The notes beneath the pieces were generated by a model that did not search any database, was not told the origin of the DNA, and saw only the letters and a list, made by a program, of their open reading frames with translations. This document shows, piece after piece, positions 1-11,646 of a DNA stretch of 64,000 nucleotides. Position 1 is the first letter of the stretch. Each line of letters opens with the position of its first letter. Origin of the DNA: Albugo candida (Eukaryota); the NCBI GenBank assembly GCA_040437565.1, contig JBDOQK010000016.1, positions 62,001 to 126,000 of the forward strand, in the 5' to 3' direction. The translations under genes were made by a program, and so were the position numbers.

Positions 1-3000
1 GTGAATGACAAGAACGTCTTCTTCCTAACTCTTCGCCGTGGTACGACTTCTCTTTACCTTCCAGCTCCATTTTACTTTTCTGTTGCACGCTACCTTGAAA
101 TTGAGCCGAGACTTTCAACTTTTTGGATGGTCGTCCGATGTTTGCAATCTTCTCCGCACCGGGATTCCCGATCGTAGGTCGTGAGCGTTCTGAAGCTGTG
201 TTTCGATTACGCCGAATCGAATACGATTGCGAGGATTCCTTCGTATCTTCAGTGCCAGAGCGCAATCGATTACTAAACTTTGTCCGCGAGTATGGAACGT
301 CCTGGTGTTTGGCATTGGCTTTGGTGCCTTGTACATTCTCCCTTCCTCTCTTTTTTTTCTTGCTTGTACTTATCGGAAGAGGTAAATTGGCTTCTTTAGC
401 TAATGCTTCTGCCGCTTTATCGAATCCTTTAGTTGCCAAATGTTCCTGTATCAAACGTAATAATTCCAGTTGATCGTAGGTGATTTTTGTTTCAGCGACG
501 ATGTTTGCTTTTCCTATTTTGCGTACGGTTGGATCTGTGGCTTCTGTGATCACAGTCGTGGGCGCACGTTCCGTCACACATGAGATGAGGTCCAAAGCTG
601 CCTCTCGAAATCGTACATGCACGTCGGTGTTTTCTTCCAAAATAGGTTCGGAACGAATTAGATCCGATAATAATTGGCCCAGTTGCATTTTCTCCAATAT
701 TTGAGTGATGTGGCGATCACGAGCGAGCCCCAAAAGTGTACGTGTCGCGAGCAATCGAATAATATCGGCGTTCTTCACTGATCGTTTGTATCTCAACAGC
801 TGTATACAGACCTTGATCGCATTGTTTTCTCGCGCAATCCGGCGCACTGGACGCAGTATTTTATCATCTCGTGCGTACCCACAGCATGTGAAAGAATTTT
901 TATCGGCATTTGGTTGAGATTGTATGAGATTTTGCCTGTACAGATTTGAATCGCCCGCATCATTTCGTGTCGACCAAGAAGCCATTGTGTATTGTCTCAA
1001 ATCTTTATGGGGATGCTGCCAGCATTCTTCAGCGTGTGGCGGCGAAACACAGTTGCACAACACTCGTAATACATCGCGTACAAGATCAGAATCTCGAGGA
1101 TTTGTGCTCATCGCGATCTCTAGCAAGATGGAAATGCCCAGTTTTCGCGATGAATCCGTTGCGGAGGATGCTTTATTTGTTGGTATAACGGGATCAGCAA
1201 CTTCGTTCGATACTATACTGCTCGTTTCTTCTAAATCATCACGCCAGAAATTGTATGGTACGATAACTTCTGTTGTGCAGACTTCATTTGCCAATGATGG
1301 AACAACAAGTGTAAGGATACGAAGCGCTTCCAAACAGAACTGCGTGCGTTCCGCCATCCACCCACGAATAACACTACTTGGATCTTCTTCGTTCTGCTGT
1401 TCAAAATGCGTACTGATAATTGTGGACATGATACTTGCGACTTCCATCATGACCAAGATACCCCGCAGATGAATAAGTTTGGCAGCAGGGGACCATAATC
1501 CTCCGTTCACACCACCATGTGACCACCAAAGCATGTTTGGATTTTGTGAGGTAGGAATTGCAGTATTGTCATTCATCCCCGAAGGAATCGATACACTGAG
1601 GCGATATTTTTCGAAAAAAATGAGATTTTGCTCATGTATCTTGTCATCAATATCGATAGGTTTTGACGTTGAAAGCTTGGGCACACGCGCCGGAAGTCGC
1701 ACAGTTGCTGAGGGGGTCGTCAAAACGGAGGGATAGCCGCTTGTGATAGCGCCTGTGGCCTGAGAGGTCGACGTAGGTCCATTCAATTGGTGTTGTGACT
1801 CAGACAGCTTACGACGTAATCGATGTGTCAGTAGTGACAAATGTACTCTCAGGTACTGTCGCAAACAGAGACATGCATCATGTGATAACTGTCGTTGTGT
1901 CGATGATTTTTGCATTGTATTCCCGGTTCGAATGATATTCAGTAGCGTGTATAAACCATTATTCTTCTCGAAATACTCCATAATAGATTTGAATACGATT
2001 GATAATCCAAAGTACACAACAGCATTTTGTCTTGCACGATCATTTGGACTCGACAAAAGCTCAAATGCTAATTTGACAAGAGTCAAATCCCGATCAATCG
2101 CTATTATACGTTCCATTACAGCAGTCGAGGATGCAAATCCATGTAAGCACATCGACAAACTTCGATCTAATACAACAAACTGACCGTGCTCTTGCTGTAC
2201 TTGCATAGACGAAACCATCAATGGAATACCACCAACCTCCACCAATGTCAAAGCAAACTTTTTGTGTGCCAAAAAATGTGATGTAAGTTTCAAAGTATGT
2301 GATAATACACTCAGATTCTTGCTGTGTAAAAAAGTGATGATAGTGCCAACGATGTCCTCTTTCAACGCAGGAGCAAACAATTCCAGATACTCACCCATGC
2401 ACCCAAGACAGTCAAGAGTGTAGAGCAGTTCTAGCATGACCAGTCGTTTTACATCCTCTTCGTGGTGCTTTCCATTTGCCTTTATTGAGTGTGTATCGAG
2501 TGCCTCTGCATTCGACTCTGTATTCATTCTGTCAGATGCTCGAAAATCTGTGATATGAACTTCATTTGAGATCTCTTCTTCTGCTTCTTCGTGCATAGAA
2601 GTCCTTATATTACTCATGTCATTGCTTTCACTTGTCGTACGATCAGTTGCCACACTCAGTGCATTTTCGCGTTCTCTTTCTCCTGAATGTCTCCGCTTTG
2701 TACCAGCATGCTGAGAATACGAAGTGGAAGAAGGTTGGTTGCTTCCTGTATTGTGTCGTTTCTGTCGTGTATTTCCCCCCCTTGTATGTCGCTGAACATT
2801 CTCATGCATGTAGTCAAGTGCTTGTCGCCTTTCTTCCAATTTCGATGCATACAATCGCGCTCGTTTGAGAAAATCGATCGCGACTTCTCGATTCACAACT
2901 GTGTCCGCGATACTTCGATCTCTCAATGCGACCGACATAATTCCAGTCGCGTAACATCGCAAAGGTGGCTCTGACTCTGTAGCGTATTTGCACATTTTGT

Positions 3001-3676
3001 CCAATGCTTCCTCTTCGTATAACATGTTGGTGATAAAACGATGTGAGGACGGAACTAGAGCCAAAAGAACACGAGCCAAAGCTGCCCGAACGCGGTCTGT
3101 GAATCCATGATTTGAGTCTGCGTCAATCGAATGCACTAACCGATCTTCCAATACTCCGTAAAAGTCATCATTATCGTCTACGATACGAAACAGCATCCCG
3201 ATCGCGTGGTTCTCGCGCCGCATTAACGGCGTACGTTCCTTAGAAAAGTCAGACTCTGCTTGTTCTAGAAGTTCAGCAATCCTACCAGCATGAAAGACAC
3301 ATCAGTGAGCATTCATTCGTCACACTTGAGTGAGATCTGCGCTTGTGACTCACATATTCAATTTTGTTACGAGTTTCGATTCATTAGTGGCGTTAATCGG
3401 TACATCATCAACGATTGCAAGAACGTCTTGTATTAGGAGAAGCATATGTTGCTCTGCGGAATCGGAATCTTCTCTCCAGCTTTGATGAGACCTATTGCGA
3501 TCGGTGTTTTGTGCACCATTTTCATCCTCTACTGATTCCATTTCAGAATCAGATGATTGGTCAATGAGTCTTTCCATTGTGGAAGTACTAGTTTGTATGG
3601 ATTCCGATGAGTTTAGTTCAATTTGTGGATCAACCAGCGTCGTGTTCTCTGCTTGCGTTTCTTGCTCGTCTGCCAT
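1..3676 (-). CDS. DCAF1: DDB1- and CUL4-associated factor 1 (DCAF1/VprBP) homologue; 5' part, runs off the left edge
   Basis: ATG at 3676 (MADEQETQ). GT-AG intron 3353-3282 joins LNM to IAELLEQAE..HAIGMLFRIVDDNDDFY. Armadillo-like region (ARENNAIKVCIQLL..ADIIRLLATRTLLGLAR) and LisH (ITYDQLELLRLIQEHLATKGFDKAAEALAKEA near 420-500) resemble DCAF1. Confidence 0.85.
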
Positions 3677-6465
3677 TCTTGAGAATCGCTCTTTTGAAGA
3701 ATACGGTATTTCTCGATTGGAATACTTTGTCGAAGAGCGGCTCCGATCTGATTGCAATGCGCGCCTTTACTTTTGATTTCGACGTTGACGATGCGCCGTG
3801 TTCTCATAGCGACATTGAAGAAAAGGAAAAAGAGGAATCGTATCCATCAGTCCGAAATCTAGAAATTCATCAGGAGGAAAAAGGAGCTCGAGTTGAATGG
3901 ACTAGTGGAAGCTTTGACTATGCAGCAATTCCATTTTCATTAGTGCGCGTACCACAGTCTACTTCGTCGGCGGACACAGAGGAGCACTGTGTAGTCGATT
4001 CAAAATCGATACGTTTCCAAGTGGTGGATACCAGCGATCCAAAAGTCTTAGAAAAGGCAGNNNNNNNNNNNNNNNNNNNNNNNNNNNNNNNNNNNNNNNN
4101 NNNNNNNNNNNNNNNNNNNNNNNNNNNNNNNNNNNNNNNNNNNNNNNNNNNNNNNNNNNNTGGCCTGAGAGGTCGACGTAGGTCCATTCAATTGGTGTTG
4201 TGACTCAGACAGCTTACGACGTAATCGATGTGTCAGTAGTGACAAATGTACTCTCAGGTACTGTCGCAAACAGAGACATGCATCATGTGATAACTGTCGT
4301 TGTGTCGATGATTTTTGCATTGTATTCCCGGTTCGAATGATATTCAGTAGCGTGTATAAACCATTATTCTTCTCGAAATACTCCATAATAGATTTGAATA
4401 CGATTGATAATCCAAAGTACACAACAGCATTTTGTCTTGCACGATCATTTGGACTCGACAAAAGCTCAAATGCTAATTTGACAAGAGTCAAATCCCGATC
4501 AATCGCTATTATACGTTCCATTACAGCAGTCGAGGATGCAAATCCATGTAAGCACATCGACAAACTTCGATCTAATACAACAAACTGACCGTGCTCTTGC
4601 TGTACTTGCATAGACGAAACCATCAATGGAATACCACCAACCTCCACCAATGTCAAAGCAAACTTTTTGTGTGCCAAAAAATGTGATGTAAGTTTCAAAG
4701 TATGTGATAATACACTCAGATTCTTGCTGTGTAAAAAAGTGATGATAGTGCCAACGATGTCCTCTTTCAACGCAGGAGCAAACAATTCCAGATACTCACC
4801 CATGCACCCAAGACAGTCAAGAGTGTAGAGCAGTTCTAGCATGACCAGTCGTTTTACATCCTCTTCGTGGTGCTTTCCATTTGCCTTTATTGAGTGTGTA
4901 TCGAGTGCCTCTGCATTCGACTCTGTATTCATTCTGTCAGATGCTCGAAAATCTGTGATATGAACTTCATTTGAGATCTCTTCTTCTGCTTCTTCGTGCA
5001 TAGAAGTCCTTATATTACTCATGTCATTGCTTTCACTTGTCGTACGATCAGTTGCCACACTCAGTGCATTTTCGCGTTCTCTTTCTCCTGAATGTCTCCG
5101 CTTTGTACCAGCATGCTGAGAATACGAAGTGGAAGAAGGTTGGTTGCTTCCTGTATTGTGTCGTTTCTGTCGTGTATTTCCCCCCCTTGTATGTCGCTGA
5201 ACATTCTCATGCATGTAGTCAAGTGCTTGTCGCCTTTCTTCCAATTTCGATGCATACAATCGCGCTCGTTTGAGAAAATCGATCGCGACTTCTCGATTCA
5301 CAACTGTGTCCGCGATACTTCGATCTCTCAATGCGACCGACATAATTCCAGTCGCGTAACATCGCAAAGGTGGCTCTGACTCTGTAGCGTATTTGCACAT
5401 TTTGTCCAATGCTTCCTCTTCGTATAACATGTTGGTGATAAAACGATGTGAGGACGGAACTAGAGCCAAAAGAACACGAGCCAAAGCTGCCCGAACGCGG
5501 TCTGTGAATCCATGATTTGAGTCTGCGTCAATCGAATGCACTAACCGATCTTCCAATACTCCGTAAAAGTCATCATTATCGTCTACGATACGAAACAGCA
5601 TCCCGATCGCGTGGTTCTCGCGCCGCATTAACGGCGTACGTTCCTTAGAAAAGTCAGACTCTGCTTGTTCTAGAAGTTCAGCAATCCTACCAGCATGAAA
5701 GACACATCAGTGAGCATTCATTCGTCACACTTGAGTGAGATCTGCGCTTGTGACTCACATATTCAATTTTGTTACGAGTTTCGATTCATTAGTGGCGTTA
5801 ATCGGTACATCATCAACGATTGCAAGAACGTCTTGTATTAGGAGAAGCATATGTTGCTCTGCGGAATCGGAATCTTCTCTCCAGCTTTGATGAGACCTAT
5901 TGCGATCGGTGTTTTGTGCACCATTTTCATCCTCTACTGATTCCATTTCAGAATCAGATGATTGGTCAATGAGTCTTTCCATTGTGGAAGTACTAGTTTG
6001 TATGGATTCCGATGAGTTTAGTTCAATTTGTGGATCAACCAGCGTCGTGTTCTCTGCTTGCGTTTCTTGCTCGTCTGCCATTCTTGAGAATCGCTCTTTT
6101 GAAGAATACGGTATTTCTCGATTGGAATACTTTGTCGAAGAGCGGCTCCGATCTGATTGCAATGCGCGCCTTTACTTTTGATTTCGACGTTGACGATGCG
6201 CCGTGTTCTCATAGCGACATTGAAGAAAAGGAAAAAGAGGAATCGTATCCATCAGTCCGAAATCTAGAAATTCATCAGGAGGAAAAAGGAGCTCGAGTTG
6301 AATGGACTAGTGGAAGCTTTGACTATGCAGCAATTCCATTTTCATTAGTGCGCGTACCACAGTCTACTTCGTCGGCGGACACAGAGGAGCACTGTGTAGT
6401 CGATTCAAAATCGATACGTTTCCAAGTGGTGGATACCAGCGATCCAAAAGTCTTAGAAAAGGCAG
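1756..6465. repeat. 2305-bp direct duplication (1756-4060 = 4161-6465) around a 100-N gap; probable unmerged contig overlap
   Basis: Constant offset of 2405 and identical ORF translations in both copies. Copy boundaries coincide exactly with the gap edges. Confidence 0.93.
4161..6081 (-). other. Duplicate, gap-truncated copy of the DCAF1 5' region (likely artefactual)
   Basis: Same sequence as 1756-3676; the ORF runs into the Ns. Confidence 0.8.
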
Positions 6466-7292
6466 AATCGATGCAAACGATCCTCATCTCATCAGATATC
6501 AAGTCCGGATTTTACGAAGGCAATCAATGATGACTTTATTAATATGAAGCACGAATATTGACCTGATCATGAACATAGGTGGATTCAAGATATGGGAATG
6601 CTCGCTGGATCTCGTCGCGTATTTGAATGAGATAGTCTCAAAAGGATACGTGATTCCATCTCACGTAATGGAGCTAGGATGTGGGCATGGGTTACCCGGG
6701 ATTTACGCTCTAAAGAATGGTGAACAAATAGCCTTAGCTCATCAGTATTCTCACACATCGAAATAAAATAGGAGCGGAACGTGTGACATTCACCGACTAC
6801 AATCGGGAAGTCTTGTCTTTGATCACTATTCCAAATTTAGTCAAAAACATGCATTTACCGATCGAGCAACTCAGGGATCGAGTATCTTTATATGCCGGAT
6901 CGTGGGAATCTGTCACAAAGTACATCCGGGACAATGAACAGCAATGTCGGACTCGCTATCAAGCTGATCTCATTCTGTCAGCTGAGACGTTATACACAGA
7001 AAATGTGACAAGTGACCTCTATCAGGTATAGAGCGCATCGATCGTTATTATTTGTCGCTGTAGACTAACATTATATTGCGTTAAGATGATCAAGCGTCAC
7101 TTGCAAGTCTCGAATCCAAAAGCGATTGCATTGGTCGCGTCGAAAAGGTATTACTTCGGAACTGGAGGAAGCGTAAAGCACTTTCTTGATCTGGTCAACA
7201 ACGATAACGCAAATTTGGAGGCTAAGGTTGTCTGGTGTGCGGACAATCATCGCTCCAACATACGTGAGATTGTTCGTGTCAAGGCAAAGTAA
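6162..7292 (+). CDS. METTL18: Histidine protein methyltransferase 1 (METTL18/Hpm1-like), 4 exons; partial duplicate at 3757-4060
   Basis: Exons 6162-6519, 6579-6719, 6772-7025 and 7086-7292 give DIKSGFYEGGFKIWECSLDL, VMELGCGHGLPG, FTDYN, DLILSAETLY, LVASKRYYFGTGG and REIV, which are class I SAM-MTase motifs of this family. Confidence 0.88.
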
Positions 7293-7569
7293 TCACCGCG
7301 ATGGGTGGGTATTAGTCAAATAAATTCCGAATTGTTCGGTTTTGGGGACTCGATATTCATAGATCAGCGTCGTGATCAACAAAAATATCCGAAGAGCAGA
7401 AATAGAATCCATCCAACAAGCTATCACTTCTTATGAGTAGTATGTTTTGACACAGTTATCCTTGCAGAACATTTTTTACCGTTGTTGTCAAACGAGTGAT
7501 CAGAACTTCATATTGTTTGGTAACCTATATGCAAAATACTGACATCGCATAAATCCCCCAAGTGTACCT

Positions 7570-10248
7570 ATGGCGCTGCATCAATGTCTTCCTATTGTTC
7601 GGGCTCCGTGTATTCACAACTCTCCACGACCAAGCACCCCACCGCGTCAAATTCAAAGTGATGAAAGTATATTTTACAACACATCAAAGGTGAAATCATC
7701 CATTCTGTGCATGCAAGATCTTTTAGTTGGCGTACGTCGCCACCTACGCGCCAGGTTTATCAAGCCAGATGAAATGGACAACGAAAGATTGAGTCTAATG
7801 GAAGCGTACAAAGTTGGTTGTGAACGTGCCTTTCGATTTTACACCAGAACCAATACAATATCACGCGAAGCATTTCATCACAAAACATGCAAGTTGGGGA
7901 TTCACGTAAATTTTCGCATAAGTGGTGAGCTTTTCGATCTACTGGACACAAATGTACTGGGTGAAATCGATATAGCATTGTTTACCCGAGGTCTGTTACC
8001 CTTCAACGAAATACAGTCGGATTATGGATTGCAGCTTCCTGCCAAAGCAGAAGTTGTGACTCGTTTTGATCAGGAGCACCGAATGAATCAGACACGATTG
8101 AAAAATTTATTCGAGAAAATGTCTGTGGCTGAAGTAGGACGCTTGCTGGCTACCAAGTTGGAGGCAAAAAGTATTGGATCTGCGGATCACTTTCGGCAAT
8201 CATTTCGTTTTTTCTCGACAACCGGGAAAATCAAATTTGAAGACTTCCGGACACGACTAGAGCAATTGCAAATATTCATTACCGGGTCAAAATGTCGCGA
8301 GTTATTTGAGCAATTTGATGCGAATCAAGATGGTGAGATTGACTTGACGGAATTTACAGATAAATTAATGGTGAGAGATGGATTTACAAAGGCAGAAGAT
8401 CATGGTCGGAACCGTAATACGCCAGCACCTGTTCCACCCTTTGCCACCGAAAATAGTGATTCGCTTACAATGGGCAGAGTATTGGACTTGCTGTATCAAA
8501 AGTTCGAACAGCACAGATCGAGTGAGAGCGATCTACATCGAAAAGCTTTTGTGCTCATTAGAAAGTCATCTGATATCACACAGTCCGATTTGATCAACTC
8601 TCTGCATCGGCTTGGATTGAGAGTATCGAGATTCGTATCAAAATCTCTTTTCGAGTACTTTGACTGTGATTATGCTGGAGTATTAGATCTGAACAAAGTG
8701 GTGGAAGGTATACGCAGACACGGAAAGTCTTCAGAGACGGCCTATGCAAGGTCACATACGAATCGTGTCGTCGGCAAAGAACGTTGCGAAATGGTGATGA
8801 AACACATGCAACGGTCATGGACGATGCAACAGATTGAGCAGATGCTTCGTGGGAAAATCGAGCAAAGAACTAGTAAATCGTCAGATTGCTTTCGTCAAGC
8901 CTTTCGGATATTCAAAAAAGTGAATGGTATCAAGCTGGAAGAATTTCACACATGTCTCCGATCGTGTGGTCTTACCCTCACATTCGAGCAGTCTGAAGAG
9001 CTTTTCAACAGGTACGACAAAAACAAAAGCGGAGACATTGATCTGAATGAATTTATACATGGCATACTTCCACCTGATTACACAGGCGACCAATGCTTCT
9101 TAGAAACTGAAGGATTAATTGAATCACCACGAACAGCGAGAAATGAAAATGTCGCTACTTTCGATGGCTCGCAGTACTGGAGCCTCGACGAGATTGAAGC
9201 CAAAATCCGAGACAAAGTAGAGCAAGCAACAAGAAAGAACTCGGACACATTTCGTCAAGCTTACAAATTTTTTGAGAAGACTCATGACATCACATTTCCC
9301 GAATTTCGTGATCGCTTGTTAGCGATGGGGTTCAAATTAACGGAGGCACAATATCAGGGTTTATTCAAACGCTACGATTTAAATAACAGTAACGATTTGG
9401 ATTTACAAGAGTTCTGTCTCGCTATCAAACCACCCGATTACAATGGGGAAGGTGATTACTGGGCTCACACAGATCAATATAGGAGTCATAAGCGGCAGCA
9501 ACAGCTCGACTACGTGAACCGAACAAAAAATGGACTTTTGGTTTTGCCAAAGTTCAAACAGAAGCGAAAATTTGCTCGTTTGAATCATGGTCAGATTACA
9601 TCTTCAGTTTTTGGGTTGAACAAATCGGTGGATAACCTCCAAAAGGAGCCTTTGTCCACACCAGCTACTTTAGTGTATCCCAAGACACTCGATAGTGAAA
9701 CCTTGAGTTCTGAAGTTAACGCTATACTGAGTCCGCGAACATTAAAAGCTGCTGCAGAGTTGAAGAATGCGAAGACTGAGAATGATTCCAAGCAGGTATA
9801 TCTATTATGCACTCCTCGTCGCCCTTCTCCTCCACCACGGCAGAATAATGGTGCACAAATCGACAGACCATCCTGTAGGATCCCAGGCACTATTACTTCG
9901 CAAGACTTACTGCCGAGCAAACCCCTGATCAATGAAGAAGAGCGTAGTAGTAAATTTATTGCACAAAACGCAATTGACCTTGGAGGCCAGCAGTACAAAG
10001 AAATAGCAAAGCTTCGATCTCATCACTTTTCAAAAAATGAAAGTGGACTTGATGTAAAAAGCAGGAACAGCGCTCTGCAGGTTGCGCAGCCGCAATCGTC
10101 TCTTGGGATCAGAATCAAGAGACCAGGGAAAATGCATGATCTCCCGAGAGCTAAATTTACCTCGCAGGCCAATCTTGCAATCTTGCAAAAACGTGTCTTG
10201 CAGGTTCGGAGAAAGCAACACGTAAGTGTCCTTACGAGTCAAAAATGA
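7570..10248 (+). CDS. Large multi-EF-hand calcium-binding protein (EFCAB6-like architecture), 892 aa
   Basis: Single ORF with EF loops DANQDGEIDLTE, DKNKSGDIDLNE and DLNNSNDLDLQE in five repeated modules; low-complexity C-terminal tail. Confidence 0.8.
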   Translation: MALHQCLPIVRAPCIHNSPRPSTPPRQIQSDESIFYNTSKVKSSILCMQDLLVGVRRHLRARFIKPDEMDNERLSLMEAYKVGCERAFRFYTRTNTISREAFHHKTCKLGIHVNFRISGELFDLLDTNVLGEIDIALFTRGLLPFNEIQSDYGLQLPAKAEVVTRFDQEHRMNQTRLKNLFEKMSVAEVGRLLATKLEAKSIGSADHFRQSFRFFSTTGKIKFEDFRTRLEQLQIFITGSKCRELFEQFDANQDGEIDLTEFTDKLMVRDGFTKAEDHGRNRNTPAPVPPFATENSDSLTMGRVLDLLYQKFEQHRSSESDLHRKAFVLIRKSSDITQSDLINSLHRLGLRVSRFVSKSLFEYFDCDYAGVLDLNKVVEGIRRHGKSSETAYARSHTNRVVGKERCEMVMKHMQRSWTMQQIEQMLRGKIEQRTSKSSDCFRQAFRIFKKVNGIKLEEFHTCLRSCGLTLTFEQSEELFNRYDKNKSGDIDLNEFIHGILPPDYTGDQCFLETEGLIESPRTARNENVATFDGSQYWSLDEIEAKIRDKVEQATRKNSDTFRQAYKFFEKTHDITFPEFRDRLLAMGFKLTEAQYQGLFKRYDLNNSNDLDLQEFCLAIKPPDYNGEGDYWAHTDQYRSHKRQQQLDYVNRTKNGLLVLPKFKQKRKFARLNHGQITSSVFGLNKSVDNLQKEPLSTPATLVYPKTLDSETLSSEVNAILSPRTLKAAAELKNAKTENDSKQVYLLCTPRRPSPPPRQNNGAQIDRPSCRIPGTITSQDLLPSKPLINEEERSSKFIAQNAIDLGGQQYKEIAKLRSHHFSKNESGLDVKSRNSALQVAQPQSSLGIRIKRPGKMHDLPRAKFTSQANLAILQKRVLQVRRKQHVSVLTSQK

Positions 10249-11010
10249 GTGGCAGAGTAGACCGATAAAGGCACCTGGTAAAAGCAATTAATAAAGAAGC
10301 GCTTGCTGCCAGAATGTTGTGCACATGGTGTTGTGAGGCCCGCCCATATTTCTAAAAAAATTCAAATACACATGTGTACAGTGGTCATCATGCTGCTGAT
10401 AGCTAGGGCAGAATGCACCTTAGTCAACTTTACGTCTACCGAAACGTGCACACCTTCGAAACAAATCTGTCATCCCACGATACCTGCGTGTGGGAAGTAT
10501 CAGACGATGCAGTCACTTGCAGGTGAACTAGGGTCCTGATATTTCTCTCTTTTTAAGTTACGAACCAAGAAGAAAAGAGAAACGGACCCGCGATCACAAT
10601 CGCCAGCTTTCTCCTATCCTGCTAAAAATCTTTTTTTGCAGATAATTTCATGCAGAAAGTACAAGAATGAGCTAGTCGTTATCCAGACTGGCCCCCAGTC
10701 GTGCACAAGACATTTGACTCACCGTAGCCCGGCGCACGCTAACGACGAAGTTGGTGCTTTTCCGCAACGATGAATTTCTTCGACTTGAGCTGACGTGACA
10801 AGCCTAAATGATCAGATTTTTAAGCACGTTCCTTTCGATAGTCAGCGGCAAATATTGTTATAGTCTCATTTCGATACTGAAATCAGATTTGTTTCTTTCC
10901 CTTCATTGCGGTGGGAATAAGCTAATGACTACAGTCTGCACGGTTTCTTTGAAATTTTCAGATTCTCTCGAGTACGACATTTTGATTCATCAAACTATCT
11001 CCCGAGTTTA

Positions 11011-11024
11011 TCACTTTGCAATTT
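11011..11024 (+). promoter_or_regulatory. Oomycete INR+FPR core promoter motif
   Basis: TCACTTTGCAATTT matches TCAYTYYNCAWTTT and lies 60 nt upstream of the ATG at 11085. Confidence 0.6.
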
Positions 11025-11084
11025 ACTTTGTACCAACGAGATCGAAAACACCAATTCGTATTGTTCCCAAATTTTGTAAGACTC

Positions 11085-11489
11085 ATGAAAGTATTCGGAT
11101 ACATCATCGCCGCTGTCGCAGTCACATTTGTGTCTGGACAAGAACCAACTGAAGCTCCTGCGTCAAACGATACGGCCAACTCGACGAATGCAAATGCACC
11201 ATCTGGAAATGCTGCTCCAGCTCCTGCCCCAGCTCCGGCCTCGTCAGCACCAGCACCAGCATCGGAGACTGCTAAAGATAGCCCCGAAGGGTCTCCAGCG
11301 GGGTCAGGCACTACCAGCCCAACTGAAGACGGTGAAGCCGAACCTGGCTCAGACTCGACCATGGATTCAACAGCAGCAACTAATTCAACGGATTCATCTG
11401 TTAAATCTGAGAGTTCTGGTGCCGCCACTTACAAGGTGATGGGAAGTGCTGTAGCCGGTGCTGCTATTCTCGCAGCCTACTTCCTTTGA
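11085..11489 (+). CDS. Small secreted Ser/Thr/Ala/Pro-rich, probably GPI-anchored surface glycoprotein (134 aa)
   Basis: Signal peptide MKVFGYIIAAVAVTFVSG, PAPAPA/ST-rich body, N-glycosylation sequons, and SSGA followed by hydrophobic tail VMGSAVAGAAILAAYFL. Confidence 0.8.
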   Translation: MKVFGYIIAAVAVTFVSGQEPTEAPASNDTANSTNANAPSGNAAPAPAPAPASSAPAPASETAKDSPEGSPAGSGTTSPTEDGEAEPGSDSTMDSTAATNSTDSSVKSESSGAATYKVMGSAVAGAAILAAYFL

Positions 11490-11646
11490 GTTGAGTTGAC
11501 ACGTCTACAACATATATCAGTATGTACACTTCCTGTCAGTTGCATGTCGACAAGCTGTTTTGAGCTTCCTAGATATGAATGTTCAAAATGTATTTGTGTT
11601 CTTTATCAATCGTTCCGTTTTCTTTTACCAGTGCTCAAGAAGCAAT

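Noticed and set aside
924-3776. Plus-strand ORFs over DCAF1, and similar antisense ORFs over other genes
   Set aside because: Shadow ORFs opposite well-supported genes, with no recognisable motifs.
4161-6465. Real tandem duplication of DCAF1/METTL18
   Set aside because: Copies appear identical and end exactly at the N gap, and the other two gaps show the same pattern.
10303-10539. Cys-rich short ORF as a possible CHxC/CCG-type effector
   Set aside because: Non-ATG start, no N-terminal signal peptide and no proper motif.
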